Positions 16,573-26,973 of a DNA stretch of 27,076 nt are shown piece after piece. The stretch lies in the IMG/VR virus record IMGVR_UViG_3300020044_004739, positions 1 through 27,076 of that record; one strand, 5' to 3'. Position numbers and translations under genes: made by a program. This stretch comes from a virus. Lineage: Duplodnaviria; Caudoviricetes. Below the pieces are notes generated by a model. That model worked only from the letters and a program-made list of their open reading frames with translations, searched no databases and was not told the DNA's origin. The first letter of the stretch is position 1. The number at the start of each line of letters is the position of its first letter.

Positions 16573-18569
16573 TATTTACCTTCCAACTTTTCAATATAAT
16601 CTGCAAACTTTTTAGCTTCTTGAGCAATTCTGCTTCTAGCTTCTGTATCTGCTGCTGGAGTATCCGACCATTGCTTTCTAAGTCTTTCTACTTCAGCTCT
16701 TGCCTTAGCAATCTTTCCTTGCCTTGTAAGCTTTGTAGTTTCTCCACCTCTACCAGGAACAGCTGGCTTAATTTCTACTGGAGAAGTTACATACTCTTGA
16801 CCCTTAGGATTATACTTTTGTGATCGTGCTGCAAGATTGCGTCTTGTAACTTCATCAGCAATTTCTTGTGCTTTCATTTTATCTTCACGAGAAAGCATTC
16901 GCATTTCTCTAAGTTCATCATCAATTCTGTCTATGATTTTTTTATTTCTTGCACTAGATTGCTTAAGTTTTGAAATTTCTTTCTCACTTGCTGTTTTTAT
17001 TTCAGTAGTATTCTTTGCATTAAATGCTTTTAATTTTGATTTTTCAGCTAGAAGAGCAGCAGCTCTTTCAACAGCAGGAGCGACATCATCTAAAAGATCT
17101 TTTGGTATTTCTGTTCTTACTCTTACTGGTGCTTTACCAGTACGAGTAGGTCCTTTAGCTGTAGTTGTAATAGGTGCATTATCTACTGCTTCATCAACAA
17201 AAGCTTTTAACTCACCAGGCTTAGCATCGTCAGCTAAACTTTCTTCATACCTAAGTAATACATCTTTAGACTTAGGATTAGAAGGCATTTCTTTTTCAAC
17301 TTTACGAAGTATTGCCTTGCCCTCTGCCGTGTTAACAACTTTATTTCTAAATTCTTTTTTAAGTTCTCCAAAACTATTTCTAATAACTTTCAAATCTGCA
17401 GCAGAAATTCTTCTATCTTCAGGAACACGTTTGCTATTTAACTTTACATCTTTTAACATTCTTCTTGCTGCAAGATAAAGATCAGTTATTTCTTTAGCAT
17501 CTAGTTCAGTTTTAGTTTTATTAAATCTACGAAGTTCAGCAACAGCTGCTTTAATTTCATCATCTGTATAGTTACCACTACGAACATTACGTAACACAAA
17601 TTCAACAGGGCTAGATGTTTCGTCAGCTACTCTACCTACTGGTGGTACTTGTCTAAATGATTCTTCTTTATCACTACCGCCACGTACATAATCTTCTAAT
17701 CTTTTCTTATGATTTTTAGCTGATTCACCTGGCTTGCGCTTAAGGAATTTTGTTTCTTCTGGAGTCAATTGGGAAATACGATAATCAATTTCATCTTGAC
17801 TAAATTTAGTTTTATCGTAATATTGAGAACCTTGGATTTCTTTTAATTTAGATTCAGCTAAAAGTTCTTCTTCAGTTACAGGCTTTCTTACAGACTCTAC
17901 AGGATTGGTTGATCTTTTGCCACCACGCATTGCAATAGCATCTTCAGCAGCTTGTGCAGCATCTATGTCGCGATCATAGTAATTATAATCTTCATCTGAA
18001 GTACGAGTGTACTTCTTTTCAACCATTCCCTTTTCAGCCTTAGCTGCTGGAGTAGGAATACCTTCTTCATAATCTTTAACTCTTTTAGCATAAGCAGCAT
18101 CTGATTCTTTTGGTCCACGCTTAAGTATGCTTTGACCAACTTCATAAGCAGGAGTAGGTTCTCCCATACCAGCACGACCTACACGCTCAACTGGTTGATC
18201 AAAATCTCCACCAAAACGTTGTACTGGTTTTTCAGGTATGTAACCTTGACGCTTCATAGTAAGAGCATCATCTAGAGTTTTAGATGCAGCTCGCCTAGCA
18301 GCAACAGACATTGTATTTTTTGTTGCATCATCAGCAAGTGTTTTACTTGTTGTTTTAATTACAGCATTTAAAGCTTTACCACTTAACTGCATAATTTTGG
18401 CAGGAGCAATAAAAAAACTAGCAGCAGTAACACCTACAAGTGCAGCATCTCCCCAAGTTCCTTCGCCTTTGGCAATCTTTGCAATTGTATCTGTTGCAAA
18501 AAGAAAGTCGCCAACTTCAGCTAAGTAACTCCTGTCCTGAGGTCTTGCTGCCATGGTATCAATAGCCAT
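16572..18569 (-). CDS. Large charged helical protein, possibly internal virion protein
   Basis: 665 aa; short hydrophobic N-terminal segment; K/E/R-rich; no Cys. Confidence 0.6.
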   Translation of the reverse strand: MAIDTMAARPQDRSYLAEVGDFLFATDTIAKIAKGEGTWGDAALVGVTAASFFIAPAKIMQLSGKALNAVIKTTSKTLADDATKNTMSVAARRAASKTLDDALTMKRQGYIPEKPVQRFGGDFDQPVERVGRAGMGEPTPAYEVGQSILKRGPKESDAAYAKRVKDYEEGIPTPAAKAEKGMVEKKYTRTSDEDYNYYDRDIDAAQAAEDAIAMRGGKRSTNPVESVRKPVTEEELLAESKLKEIQGSQYYDKTKFSQDEIDYRISQLTPEETKFLKRKPGESAKNHKKRLEDYVRGGSDKEESFRQVPPVGRVADETSSPVEFVLRNVRSGNYTDDEIKAAVAELRRFNKTKTELDAKEITDLYLAARRMLKDVKLNSKRVPEDRRISAADLKVIRNSFGELKKEFRNKVVNTAEGKAILRKVEKEMPSNPKSKDVLLRYEESLADDAKPGELKAFVDEAVDNAPITTTAKGPTRTGKAPVRVRTEIPKDLLDDVAPAVERAAALLAEKSKLKAFNAKNTTEIKTASEKEISKLKQSSARNKKIIDRIDDELREMRMLSREDKMKAQEIADEVTRRNLAARSQKYNPKGQEYVTSPVEIKPAVPGRGGETTKLTRQGKIAKARAEVERLRKQWSDTPAADTEARSRIAQEAKKFADYIEKLEGK

Positions 18570-18725
18570 TTATTTTTTCTTTCGAGTAACTGCCATATTG
18601 TCAATTAAATTTGGATAAGGTCTTCCAGCTTTTTTAGCACGATCTTTAGCTGCAGCCTTTTGAGCTGATGTTAATGGTTTAGATTTTTTCTTAGGGTTAG
18701 GTTTATCCCAAACTTTTTTTACCAT
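18570..18725 (-). CDS. 51-aa basic protein (not in ORF track)
   Basis: MVKKVWDKPNPKKKSKPLTSAQKAAAKDRAKKAGRPYPNLIDNMAVTRKKK; exactly fills the gap. Confidence 0.75.
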   Translation of the reverse strand: MVKKVWDKPNPKKKSKPLTSAQKAAAKDRAKKAGRPYPNLIDNMAVTRKKK

Positions 18726-19006
18726 TTAACTTTGTCCGCCCAGTATGCTGCGGACATTTTACCTTTTGAAATATTAGATGCGTGACGTGCTTTGAATGAC
18801 CGCCTACGTGCAGCATAGGATGCTGACTCTCCTGATTTCTTAGGAGAGCCAGACACACCCTGCTGACCAAAGCGAATAGTCTTAACCTGATTGCCAACTT
18901 TAGCCACAACAACGTGTGACTTCTTTGGATGATTAGGAGTACGCTTTGGTTTGTTGTAGCCAGAAACACCAGCACGTGTTAAACGTGGATCTTTCTTAGC
19001 TACCAT
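18719..19006 (-). CDS. Basic phage protein
   Basis: KTIRFGQQG...SFKARH...SAAYWADKVKW. Confidence 0.8.
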   Translation of the reverse strand: MVAKKDPRLTRAGVSGYNKPKRTPNHPKKSHVVVAKVGNQVKTIRFGQQGVSGSPKKSGESASYAARRRSFKARHASNISKGKMSAAYWADKVKW

Positions 19007-19008
19007 AA

Positions 19009-19647
19009 TTACTTACCTCGTCGTGCTTGATTGTAACGACTACCAGCAGAAGACATAATTTTTGTTCCTTGTGCTTTCATCTTGTTAGTTACACCTTGCT
19101 TTGCAGCAGCACGCTTAGCGGTTGTCTTCTTTACATACTTAGATACTTCTGCTCTAGGGTTTGCCTTAGCACCAGCATGTCTTGGACCAGATGTTTTTTT
19201 GTGCTTACCTGCAGCAGCCTTGGCTCTTGCAACATCTTTCTTTTCAAACTTTGTCATGCCCTTAGCAGCACCAACTGCAACAGCTACGGCACCTGCGCCA
19301 GCAGCAACAGCCTTACCAGTGCTTACAGGCTTTGAAGTAGGAGAAGATGGTTTGCGAGTATTGCCTGGACCTTTACCCTGTGGTGGTTTTGGACGAGTGT
19401 TACCTGGACCCTTGCCTGGTGGCAAAGAAGATCGCTTTGGATCAGCAACTACACTACCTACACGATCCTTACCATAAAAACGATTAAGTGCTTCACGCAT
19501 TGTTGGATCGTTTTTGTATTTAGCAATTGCCTTTGTTGGAGTTCCTTCTTTGCGAAGTTTATCTAACTGTGCTTCAGTTACTTTTTTAGTTAGATCAAAG
19601 TTCTTTTTCTTAAAGGCATCCATTTCTGATTTTGTCATTTTAGCCAT
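19009..19647 (-). CDS. Lys/Ala-rich basic protein
   Basis: 212 aa; duplicated GKGPGNTR. Confidence 0.7.
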   Translation of the reverse strand: MAKMTKSEMDAFKKKNFDLTKKVTEAQLDKLRKEGTPTKAIAKYKNDPTMREALNRFYGKDRVGSVVADPKRSSLPPGKGPGNTRPKPPQGKGPGNTRKPSSPTSKPVSTGKAVAAGAGAVAVAVGAAKGMTKFEKKDVARAKAAAGKHKKTSGPRHAGAKANPRAEVSKYVKKTTAKRAAAKQGVTNKMKAQGTKIMSSAGSRYNQARRGK

Positions 19648-19649
19648 GA

Positions 19650-19988
19650 TTACTTCTTCTTTGCTTTAGCTTTTTTCATTTGATCTTCAAGAGTCTTAAG
19701 TTTCTTTTGACGATCTTGTCCTGGCTTTGCTGGTATTTTTTGTCCTCTATCACCTGGCTTAATATCTTTTGTATCTCTGCCTGGCTTAATAGGTAGTGGG
19801 TATTTAATTCCATTGCCTGGCTTACCTGGCTTACCTGGGCGTGCAGGTTTTGCTGGCATTGGCTTAGGCTTATTGCCTGTACCTGGCTTAACAGGAAGCG
19901 GCTTCATTATTTTTTCGCCTGGCTTTGGTCGTGGCTTTGGCTTACCAATGTAAATTGGCTTGCCTGGATTTCTTGGATTGTTTGCCAT
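19650..19988 (-). CDS. Pro/Lys/Gly-rich basic protein
   Basis: 112 aa; repeated KPG. Confidence 0.7.
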   Translation of the reverse strand: MANNPRNPGKPIYIGKPKPRPKPGEKIMKPLPVKPGTGNKPKPMPAKPARPGKPGKPGNGIKYPLPIKPGRDTKDIKPGDRGQKIPAKPGQDRQKKLKTLEDQMKKAKAKKK

Positions 19989-19989
19989 G

Positions 19990-20142
19990 TTACTTACCCT
20001 TCTTGGTTGACTTAGGCATAGCAGGAACTACTGGTACCTTTGGCATGTTGTAATTTACTTTGTCAATACCCTTAGCCGAACCTGGCATAGTAGGCATTTC
20101 ATGTTGATAATTGATGTGGTTACATCCGCAGTTAGCACACAT
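19990..20142 (-). CDS. 50-aa protein with MCANCGC N-terminus (not in ORF track)
   Basis: TAATG-coupled; GGAG SD; fills the gap. Confidence 0.7.
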   Translation of the reverse strand: MCANCGCNHINYQHEMPTMPGSAKGIDKVNYNMPKVPVVPAMPKSTKKGK

Positions 20143-20366
20143 TAGTACGTATCTCCGCCCAAAACTTTTTTGCTGTTCTTCTTTTTCATAGCAGCATTAA
20201 AACCTTTTTCGTATGCCAAGCGTTCTTTCGTAATCTTGATATCACGAAGATTTCTTGGAGACTTAGGATTAGTTACCTTATCTGACTTACGTGTTGCTGC
20301 TAACGCCTTAGCGTTAACTTTTGGTGTCTTCTTACCCATTGCTGGTTTCTTAGAGGGCTGAGCCAT
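20142..20366 (-). CDS. Basic hypothetical protein
   Basis: 74 aa, Lys-rich. Confidence 0.65.
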   Translation of the reverse strand: MAQPSKKPAMGKKTPKVNAKALAATRKSDKVTNPKSPRNLRDIKITKERLAYEKGFNAAMKKKNSKKVLGGDTY

Positions 20367-20616
20367 ATGCGTGTCCTGTCTTGTTGCTTACATCTACTGC
20401 CTTTTGAATCTGTGCAGTGGAAGTTCCATCTGGTTGTATACCCTGAGCACGAGCATCACGGTAAGCTTTTAGTTCGCTGTCCCATTTCTTGTTAGTCCAG
20501 CCATTGTTAACTAGTTCACCATTAGCATCACCAGTTGACATCTGTATGTTTGAAGCTCTTAAACAGTCTCCCCAAGAGTCATGGTCTTGAGTAGGACATC
20601 CAGTTCTACAAGCCAT
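20350..20616 (-). CDS. Phage protein with N-terminal Cx3Cx4Hx5C motif
   Basis: MACRTGCPTQDHDSWGDC...KKWDSELKAYRDARAQGIQP; AAGGA SD. Confidence 0.8.
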   Translation of the reverse strand: MACRTGCPTQDHDSWGDCLRASNIQMSTGDANGELVNNGWTNKKWDSELKAYRDARAQGIQPDGTSTAQIQKAVDVSNKTGHAYGSAL

Positions 20617-21679
20617 TCTTATAGTCCTTTACAGTTTGAGTCATAATAAACTCATAGTTTTTAACTAAACGTTCTTCATCAGGATTTAGTTCAACTGCTT
20701 TACGTGCGTATCTTTTAGCAGAACCTTTTTTACCTAAGTTCCAACATGCAATAGATAGCAAGTCATACATTCTCCAAGGCATTGACTGATCAGCTACATG
20801 GTGTTTGTATGAATGAGATGAAAGTTCAGTTACTTTAATTGCTGCTTGGTAACAGTGATTCCACATCTTACGTTCGTAATAGTAAAATGCTAGTGGCATC
20901 CAAGCTTCTAAATCATTAGGTGCTTCTTCAACATTACGTTGATACCAATAAAGACCTTCACGCTCATTACCTAATTTGCAATAAGCTTCACCCATAGCTC
21001 GCCATGATTGAGCAAGCTCTACATTCCAACCACCAATTTGAAGTTCTAACTTCTTACCATGATCAATAATTTTTTGCCACATACCCTTAAAGTAATACTC
21101 ACGTATTAAGTAAACCAACATTCTGTGGTTGTCAGGATCTTCTGCGTGACCTAGTTCTAATAGTGATAGATAACTACTACGAGGTTTATCATTATCAGGT
21201 TTATGAGTTACTAGTGACTCTACTATAATAAGTTTATCTAAACTTTTATCAGTAGCCTCTATAACTTCATGGCAAGGATAACGCCATCTATAGCCATGCC
21301 TAGCATGTATACGATTATTGTTTGCCCAGATATTACCTGTGTCCCACATTACCCAAGCTCTACCAGTATCTGGTTGCCAAGCTTCTTTTATCTTGTCAAA
21401 GAAATCTGGATCAGGAATCTCATCCATATCAATGGATACACATACATCAACATCAGATGGTACTAAATCTAGTGCCATATTTCGTGCTACATCAAATCTA
21501 AAGTCGCTTAGCGTGGCTCTGTGGGCTTCTACGGGGTACTCTAGGAGTAGGTCATAGGTGTTATCTTCTGACCCAGTATCTAGGACAATTTGGACATCAG
21601 CACCTTTAGTAACTTCTACCCATTGTCCAACATGTTTAGCTTCATTCTTAGCTATAGCATAGGCTGCAATTTTAACCAT
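20606..21679 (-). CDS. GT2-family glycosyltransferase with C-terminal TPR repeats
   Basis: IAKNEA, LDTGSEDNT, FDVARN, SIDMDE (DxD), WRYPCHE, then TPR-like helices. Confidence 0.9.
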   Translation of the reverse strand: MVKIAAYAIAKNEAKHVGQWVEVTKGADVQIVLDTGSEDNTYDLLLEYPVEAHRATLSDFRFDVARNMALDLVPSDVDVCVSIDMDEIPDPDFFDKIKEAWQPDTGRAWVMWDTGNIWANNNRIHARHGYRWRYPCHEVIEATDKSLDKLIIVESLVTHKPDNDKPRSSYLSLLELGHAEDPDNHRMLVYLIREYYFKGMWQKIIDHGKKLELQIGGWNVELAQSWRAMGEAYCKLGNEREGLYWYQRNVEEAPNDLEAWMPLAFYYYERKMWNHCYQAAIKVTELSSHSYKHHVADQSMPWRMYDLLSIACWNLGKKGSAKRYARKAVELNPDEERLVKNYEFIMTQTVKDYKNGL

Positions 21680-21685
21680 GCTCTA

Positions 21686-21696
21686 ACCATACCACA
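21686..21696 (-). promoter_or_regulatory. Candidate extended -10 promoter for a leaderless glycosyltransferase mRNA
   Basis: Minus strand TGTGG-TATGGT-TAGAGC-ATG; no SD before the ATG. Confidence 0.45.
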
Positions 21697-21792
21697 CTAA
21701 GGTCGTAGAGAAGATTTATTTATAGCTACACCTTTGCAGCAATCTGCATATGATTCACAGTCCTGTGTTGGACAACCTGTACGACAAGCCAT
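21697..21792 (-). CDS. 31-aa Cys-rich peptide, paralogue of the N-terminus of 20350..20616 (not in ORF track)
   Basis: MACRTGCPTQDCESYADCCKGVAINKSSLRP; AGGA SD overlapping the fibre stop codon. Confidence 0.7.
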   Translation of the reverse strand: MACRTGCPTQDCESYADCCKGVAINKSSLRP

Positions 21793-21800
21793 AATAATTC

Positions 21801-23967
<2,167 letters not shown>

Positions 23968-23971
<4 letters not shown>

Positions 23972-24198
23972 AGTTCATCCTTAAGATGTAATGTAATATG
24001 CTCGTCTAAACGCTTTTCAATTCGATCTACTGTGCGAGCAATGTCTGGAAGAGACCTACCACCATTAGCTGTTGGCTGGATAGGATATGTTTGTTCTTTA
24101 ATAAAAGTTTTAAGTGGGCTAATTACAAGCCATCTAACTAGTACGGTCAGGATACCGATACTTAATGATACAACTGTTAACGATTCTATCAGTGTCAT
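23968..24198 (-). CDS. Small membrane protein with NGGxSLxD coiled-coil motif
   Basis: N-terminal TM helix; ANGGRSLPDIARTVDRIEKRLDEH. Confidence 0.7.
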
Positions 24199-24446
24199 AA
24201 GACAAACACCTCATAGCCAACTGCTTCAAGTGCATCTTTCTCATCTTCGGTAACAACATACTCATGTCCTCCTAGATAAATTAAATCAGCTAAAGCTAAA
24301 TCATCCTGTGATGGAAAACGATCCTCATAAAAATCACCGTCAACACGGTACACAGTGACACCTTGCTTACGTGTATAGCGAGCAAATAACCAGTTTCCAC
24401 CCATTGGTCCTTCGTCAACCACTGGTGGTACAAATAGGTAAGACAT
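24195..24446 (-). CDS. Hypothetical virion-module protein
   Basis: 83 aa; AAGGGA SD; YLGGHEY...LEAVGY. Confidence 0.7.
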   Translation of the reverse strand: MSYLFVPPVVDEGPMGGNWLFARYTRKQGVTVYRVDGDFYEDRFPSQDDLALADLIYLGGHEYVVTEDEKDALEAVGYEVFVL

Positions 24447-24465
24447 TTAATCCCTTTCAGTACCT

Positions 24466-24494
24466 AACAACACCCCCACCCGAAGGTGGGGATG
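24466..24494 (-). terminator. cUUCGg hairpin / weak terminator after the capsid gene
   Basis: Minus strand CATCCCCACC-TTCG-GGTGGGGGTG-TTGTT. Confidence 0.75.
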
Positions 24495-24510
24495 AAGCTA
24501 GAGACTGACA

Positions 24511-25521
24511 CTAGGCGATGCTAGAACCAGACTCGATGCGGTATAGAGCTTCGTTACGGTAGATAGCGTGACCAAGAACGCCGTACCATCCGATTGGACG
24601 GTGACGCATCAAGCGGTCAACAACTGGACCAATAACTACGTGTGGCTCTTCTGCTACAGCTTCAGCAAGTGCTTGCTGTCCTGCAATAAAGGTACGGTAT
24701 ACCTTATCTGAGCTTGCACCATCTGTAGCAGTGTACAGACGTGGAGACTCAATAAAGTATGCACCTTCAAACTGACCAATTTCGCCAGCCCAGATTGCAT
24801 CGTTGCTCTGGTACTCATGTGGGTTACGCCATGAAGCAGCACCAGTTTCAGCACGAAGGTCGTGGGATACTTCTGGGTGAATACCACACCAGTATAGTGA
24901 ACCCTTACGTCCGTTAGCCTTGTTGCTACGCAACTTAGCTACAGCCTTACGAACATCAGCAGCGGTGATTGTGTCACCTGCGTCTACTCCCGAAGTTGTA
25001 GTTGCAGTGGTTGTACCACCAGTTGCGTATAGTACGTTAGTACCTGCAAGTAGAGCATTCTGTGCTAGATCATCAATGCTATCAGCCATGTTGAATGCAA
25101 TGATGTTAGCAACTGCTGGATCTACGTCTGCAAGAGACATAAGACCAAGCTTCTTGGTTACTAGAGTAGCGTTACCGTATTCCTTTAGGGTAATGGTAAC
25201 GATATCTGGAGTACCAAGTGCTACTGCAGATGGATCGACTTCTTCAGATAGTTCTGAAGTAGCCTTAGCTAGGTCATTGTAGATCTGTAGAGCTACAGAA
25301 GAACCTGGCATGCTCTGACGAGCTGGTTTCTTGTCTGCTACTGAACGTAGCAATGGGGTTGCGCGTAGTTCAAATTCAATAAGACGATCGTACGCCTTCT
25401 GAACAAGACCAGCACCATTTGATGGAGTGAAAGCACCAACGTTGTTAGCGGAAGCGTATGCGCCACCACCGAGACCACCATTAGTTGCTGCACTACCACC
25501 CGATAAGCCTGTAAACGGCAT
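24511..25521 (-). CDS. Major capsid protein (HK97 fold, N4-gp56-like family)
   Basis: 336 aa; ITLKEYGN, IHPEVSHDLR, GEIGQFEG, IGWYG; AAGGA SD; follows scaffold. Confidence 0.9.
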   Translation of the reverse strand: MPFTGLSGGSAATNGGLGGGAYASANNVGAFTPSNGAGLVQKAYDRLIEFELRATPLLRSVADKKPARQSMPGSSVALQIYNDLAKATSELSEEVDPSAVALGTPDIVTITLKEYGNATLVTKKLGLMSLADVDPAVANIIAFNMADSIDDLAQNALLAGTNVLYATGGTTTATTTSGVDAGDTITAADVRKAVAKLRSNKANGRKGSLYWCGIHPEVSHDLRAETGAASWRNPHEYQSNDAIWAGEIGQFEGAYFIESPRLYTATDGASSDKVYRTFIAGQQALAEAVAEEPHVVIGPVVDRLMRHRPIGWYGVLGHAIYRNEALYRIESGSSIA

Positions 25522-25549
25522 GATATTTCCTTAGGGTTGGTTTGATTAA

Positions 25550-26020
25550 TTACGAATCTGCGCCGTAGATCATTTCCATTAGTTCTTCGGCACTCTGAGC
25601 GTTGTTAAGACGTGAGAACATGTCATTAACATCGTCAGGAGAAAGAGCAGAGTTTGTTACAGCATCAATCTGTCGCAACGCAGATAGATTTTCTTGGTCT
25701 ACCATTGGTTGCTGTGCTTGAGGTTGAACACCAAAGACTTCTCCATATTCATCCAACCATTTACTAATTGATTCTGGATCATTAGCAACATCTGATGGAA
25801 TAAATGTAGCAATCTTAGGATTAACTCCTCTTTCATTTAGAACGGAACTGACGACAGACTGACGTTGAAAGCTACGTAAACCTTCTAGTTCAGTTTCTAG
25901 TTCCTTGATACGCTTAGACTTAGCGCGATCAGCTTTACGTAGATTTTGTAATCCACTAGTCTGATCTTCTTCTTCAAAGAAGTCATCATCGTCTTCGTAC
26001 CATTCATTATTGTTACTCAT
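25550..26020 (-). CDS. Capsid scaffolding protein (putative)
   Basis: Acidic N-terminus, coiled coil LRKADRAKSKRIKELE, directly upstream of the capsid gene. Confidence 0.7.
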   Translation of the reverse strand: MSNNNEWYEDDDDFFEEEDQTSGLQNLRKADRAKSKRIKELETELEGLRSFQRQSVVSSVLNERGVNPKIATFIPSDVANDPESISKWLDEYGEVFGVQPQAQQPMVDQENLSALRQIDAVTNSALSPDDVNDMFSRLNNAQSAEELMEMIYGADS

Positions 26021-26051
26021 CGTAACTATCTCCCTTATTCATTAGTTGAGC

Positions 26052-26132
26052 GCAGACCACAAAGTTATATGGGGGTATAACTTGGCTTCCACTACCAGTC
26101 TGTTACGTCGTTGGGGCTGGTCGATCCAACGA
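26052..26132 (-). ncRNA. Candidate structured cis-regulatory RNA upstream of the scaffold gene
   Basis: Two hairpins plus a 5-bp pseudoknot (see findings). Confidence 0.55.
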
Positions 26133-26136
26133 GAGT

Positions 26137-26973
26137 TTATACTTGTGCTTTCTTGCGACCTAGTGAACCTTGACGAATGCCAGATTGTCCACCAAATTCT
26201 GCACGTGCTTGTGATGCTAGACGCTTAGTTCGCTTAGAAGTTATTCCAAGAAGATTTTCTTGTTCAAGTTCTTCTCGTAAACCTTCAGTACTTGTTTCAC
26301 CATAAAGACTAGAAGCTCGCTCTAATCCGCTTTGCATTTGCCCAACCTTGGATAAACCAAGACGAGCATTCTCACGTGATAAACCTTCAGCAGCTAATCT
26401 TTCGGCACCAAGAACAGACTTAGTACCAGTTTCAGTTTCTGCTGCCCTAATGTCTGCAATATCAAGCTTGCTCTTTAAGTACTTAGCACCTTCTTGACCA
26501 AGCAATAGGCTGTTAGCAATTTCATTATCTGTAATACCTGGATAAAGTTTACGTAGTTCACTAACAAGTGCTTTATCATTTGATGTAACTGCATTTTGAA
26601 CCCTGGTATATGCACCAGCAAAACGTTCGCTAACTTCATCAACTGAAACATCATTAGCAATTAATTGAGCAAAGTTGTTTCGGTTAGCTAAACCACCAGC
26701 TTGATAAGACTTCATTACCTTTTCGTATTCAATCTCATTTCGCAAGTATTCGCCTTCACTAATAACAGTTTTGCCAGCAGCTAAACGATCAAAGTTACCC
26801 TTAAACCTGTCTCGATAAACTTGAGTTCCACGAAGTGCTTCAGTGATAGTGGCACTACCAGCATCAGGACCAGCATCCTGTGCAAGTTCAACAATAACAT
26901 CGGCAAGTTCGTCTAATCCATTTTCAATAAAAAGATCGCGAAGTATTTGCCACCCAGATGCTTCTTCTGCCAT
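26137..26973 (-). CDS. Helical virion protein, possibly internal/ejection protein
   Basis: 278 aa; YRDRFKGN...ISEGEYL; ARAEFGGQSG. Confidence 0.65.
   Translation of the reverse strand: MAEEASGWQILRDLFIENGLDELADVIVELAQDAGPDAGSATITEALRGTQVYRDRFKGNFDRLAAGKTVISEGEYLRNEIEYEKVMKSYQAGGLANRNNFAQLIANDVSVDEVSERFAGAYTRVQNAVTSNDKALVSELRKLYPGITDNEIANSLLLGQEGAKYLKSKLDIADIRAAETETGTKSVLGAERLAAEGLSRENARLGLSKVGQMQSGLERASSLYGETSTEGLREELEQENLLGITSKRTKRLASQARAEFGGQSGIRQGSLGRKKAQV

Noticed and set aside
16837-17478. 213-aa + strand ORF
   Set aside because: Antisense shadow of the K/E-rich 665-aa gene; Ser/Phe/Leu-biased; against operon direction
19027-19477. + strand ORFs over the basic protein
   Set aside because: Antisense shadows of a low-complexity gene
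24920-25282. Antisense ORF in the capsid gene
   Set aside because: Expected from capsid codon bias; no RBS or family motif
26052-26132. Known self-cleaving ribozyme (hammerhead or HDV-like)
   Set aside because: No CUGANGA/GAAA core and no convincing nested double-pseudoknot could be assigned by eye
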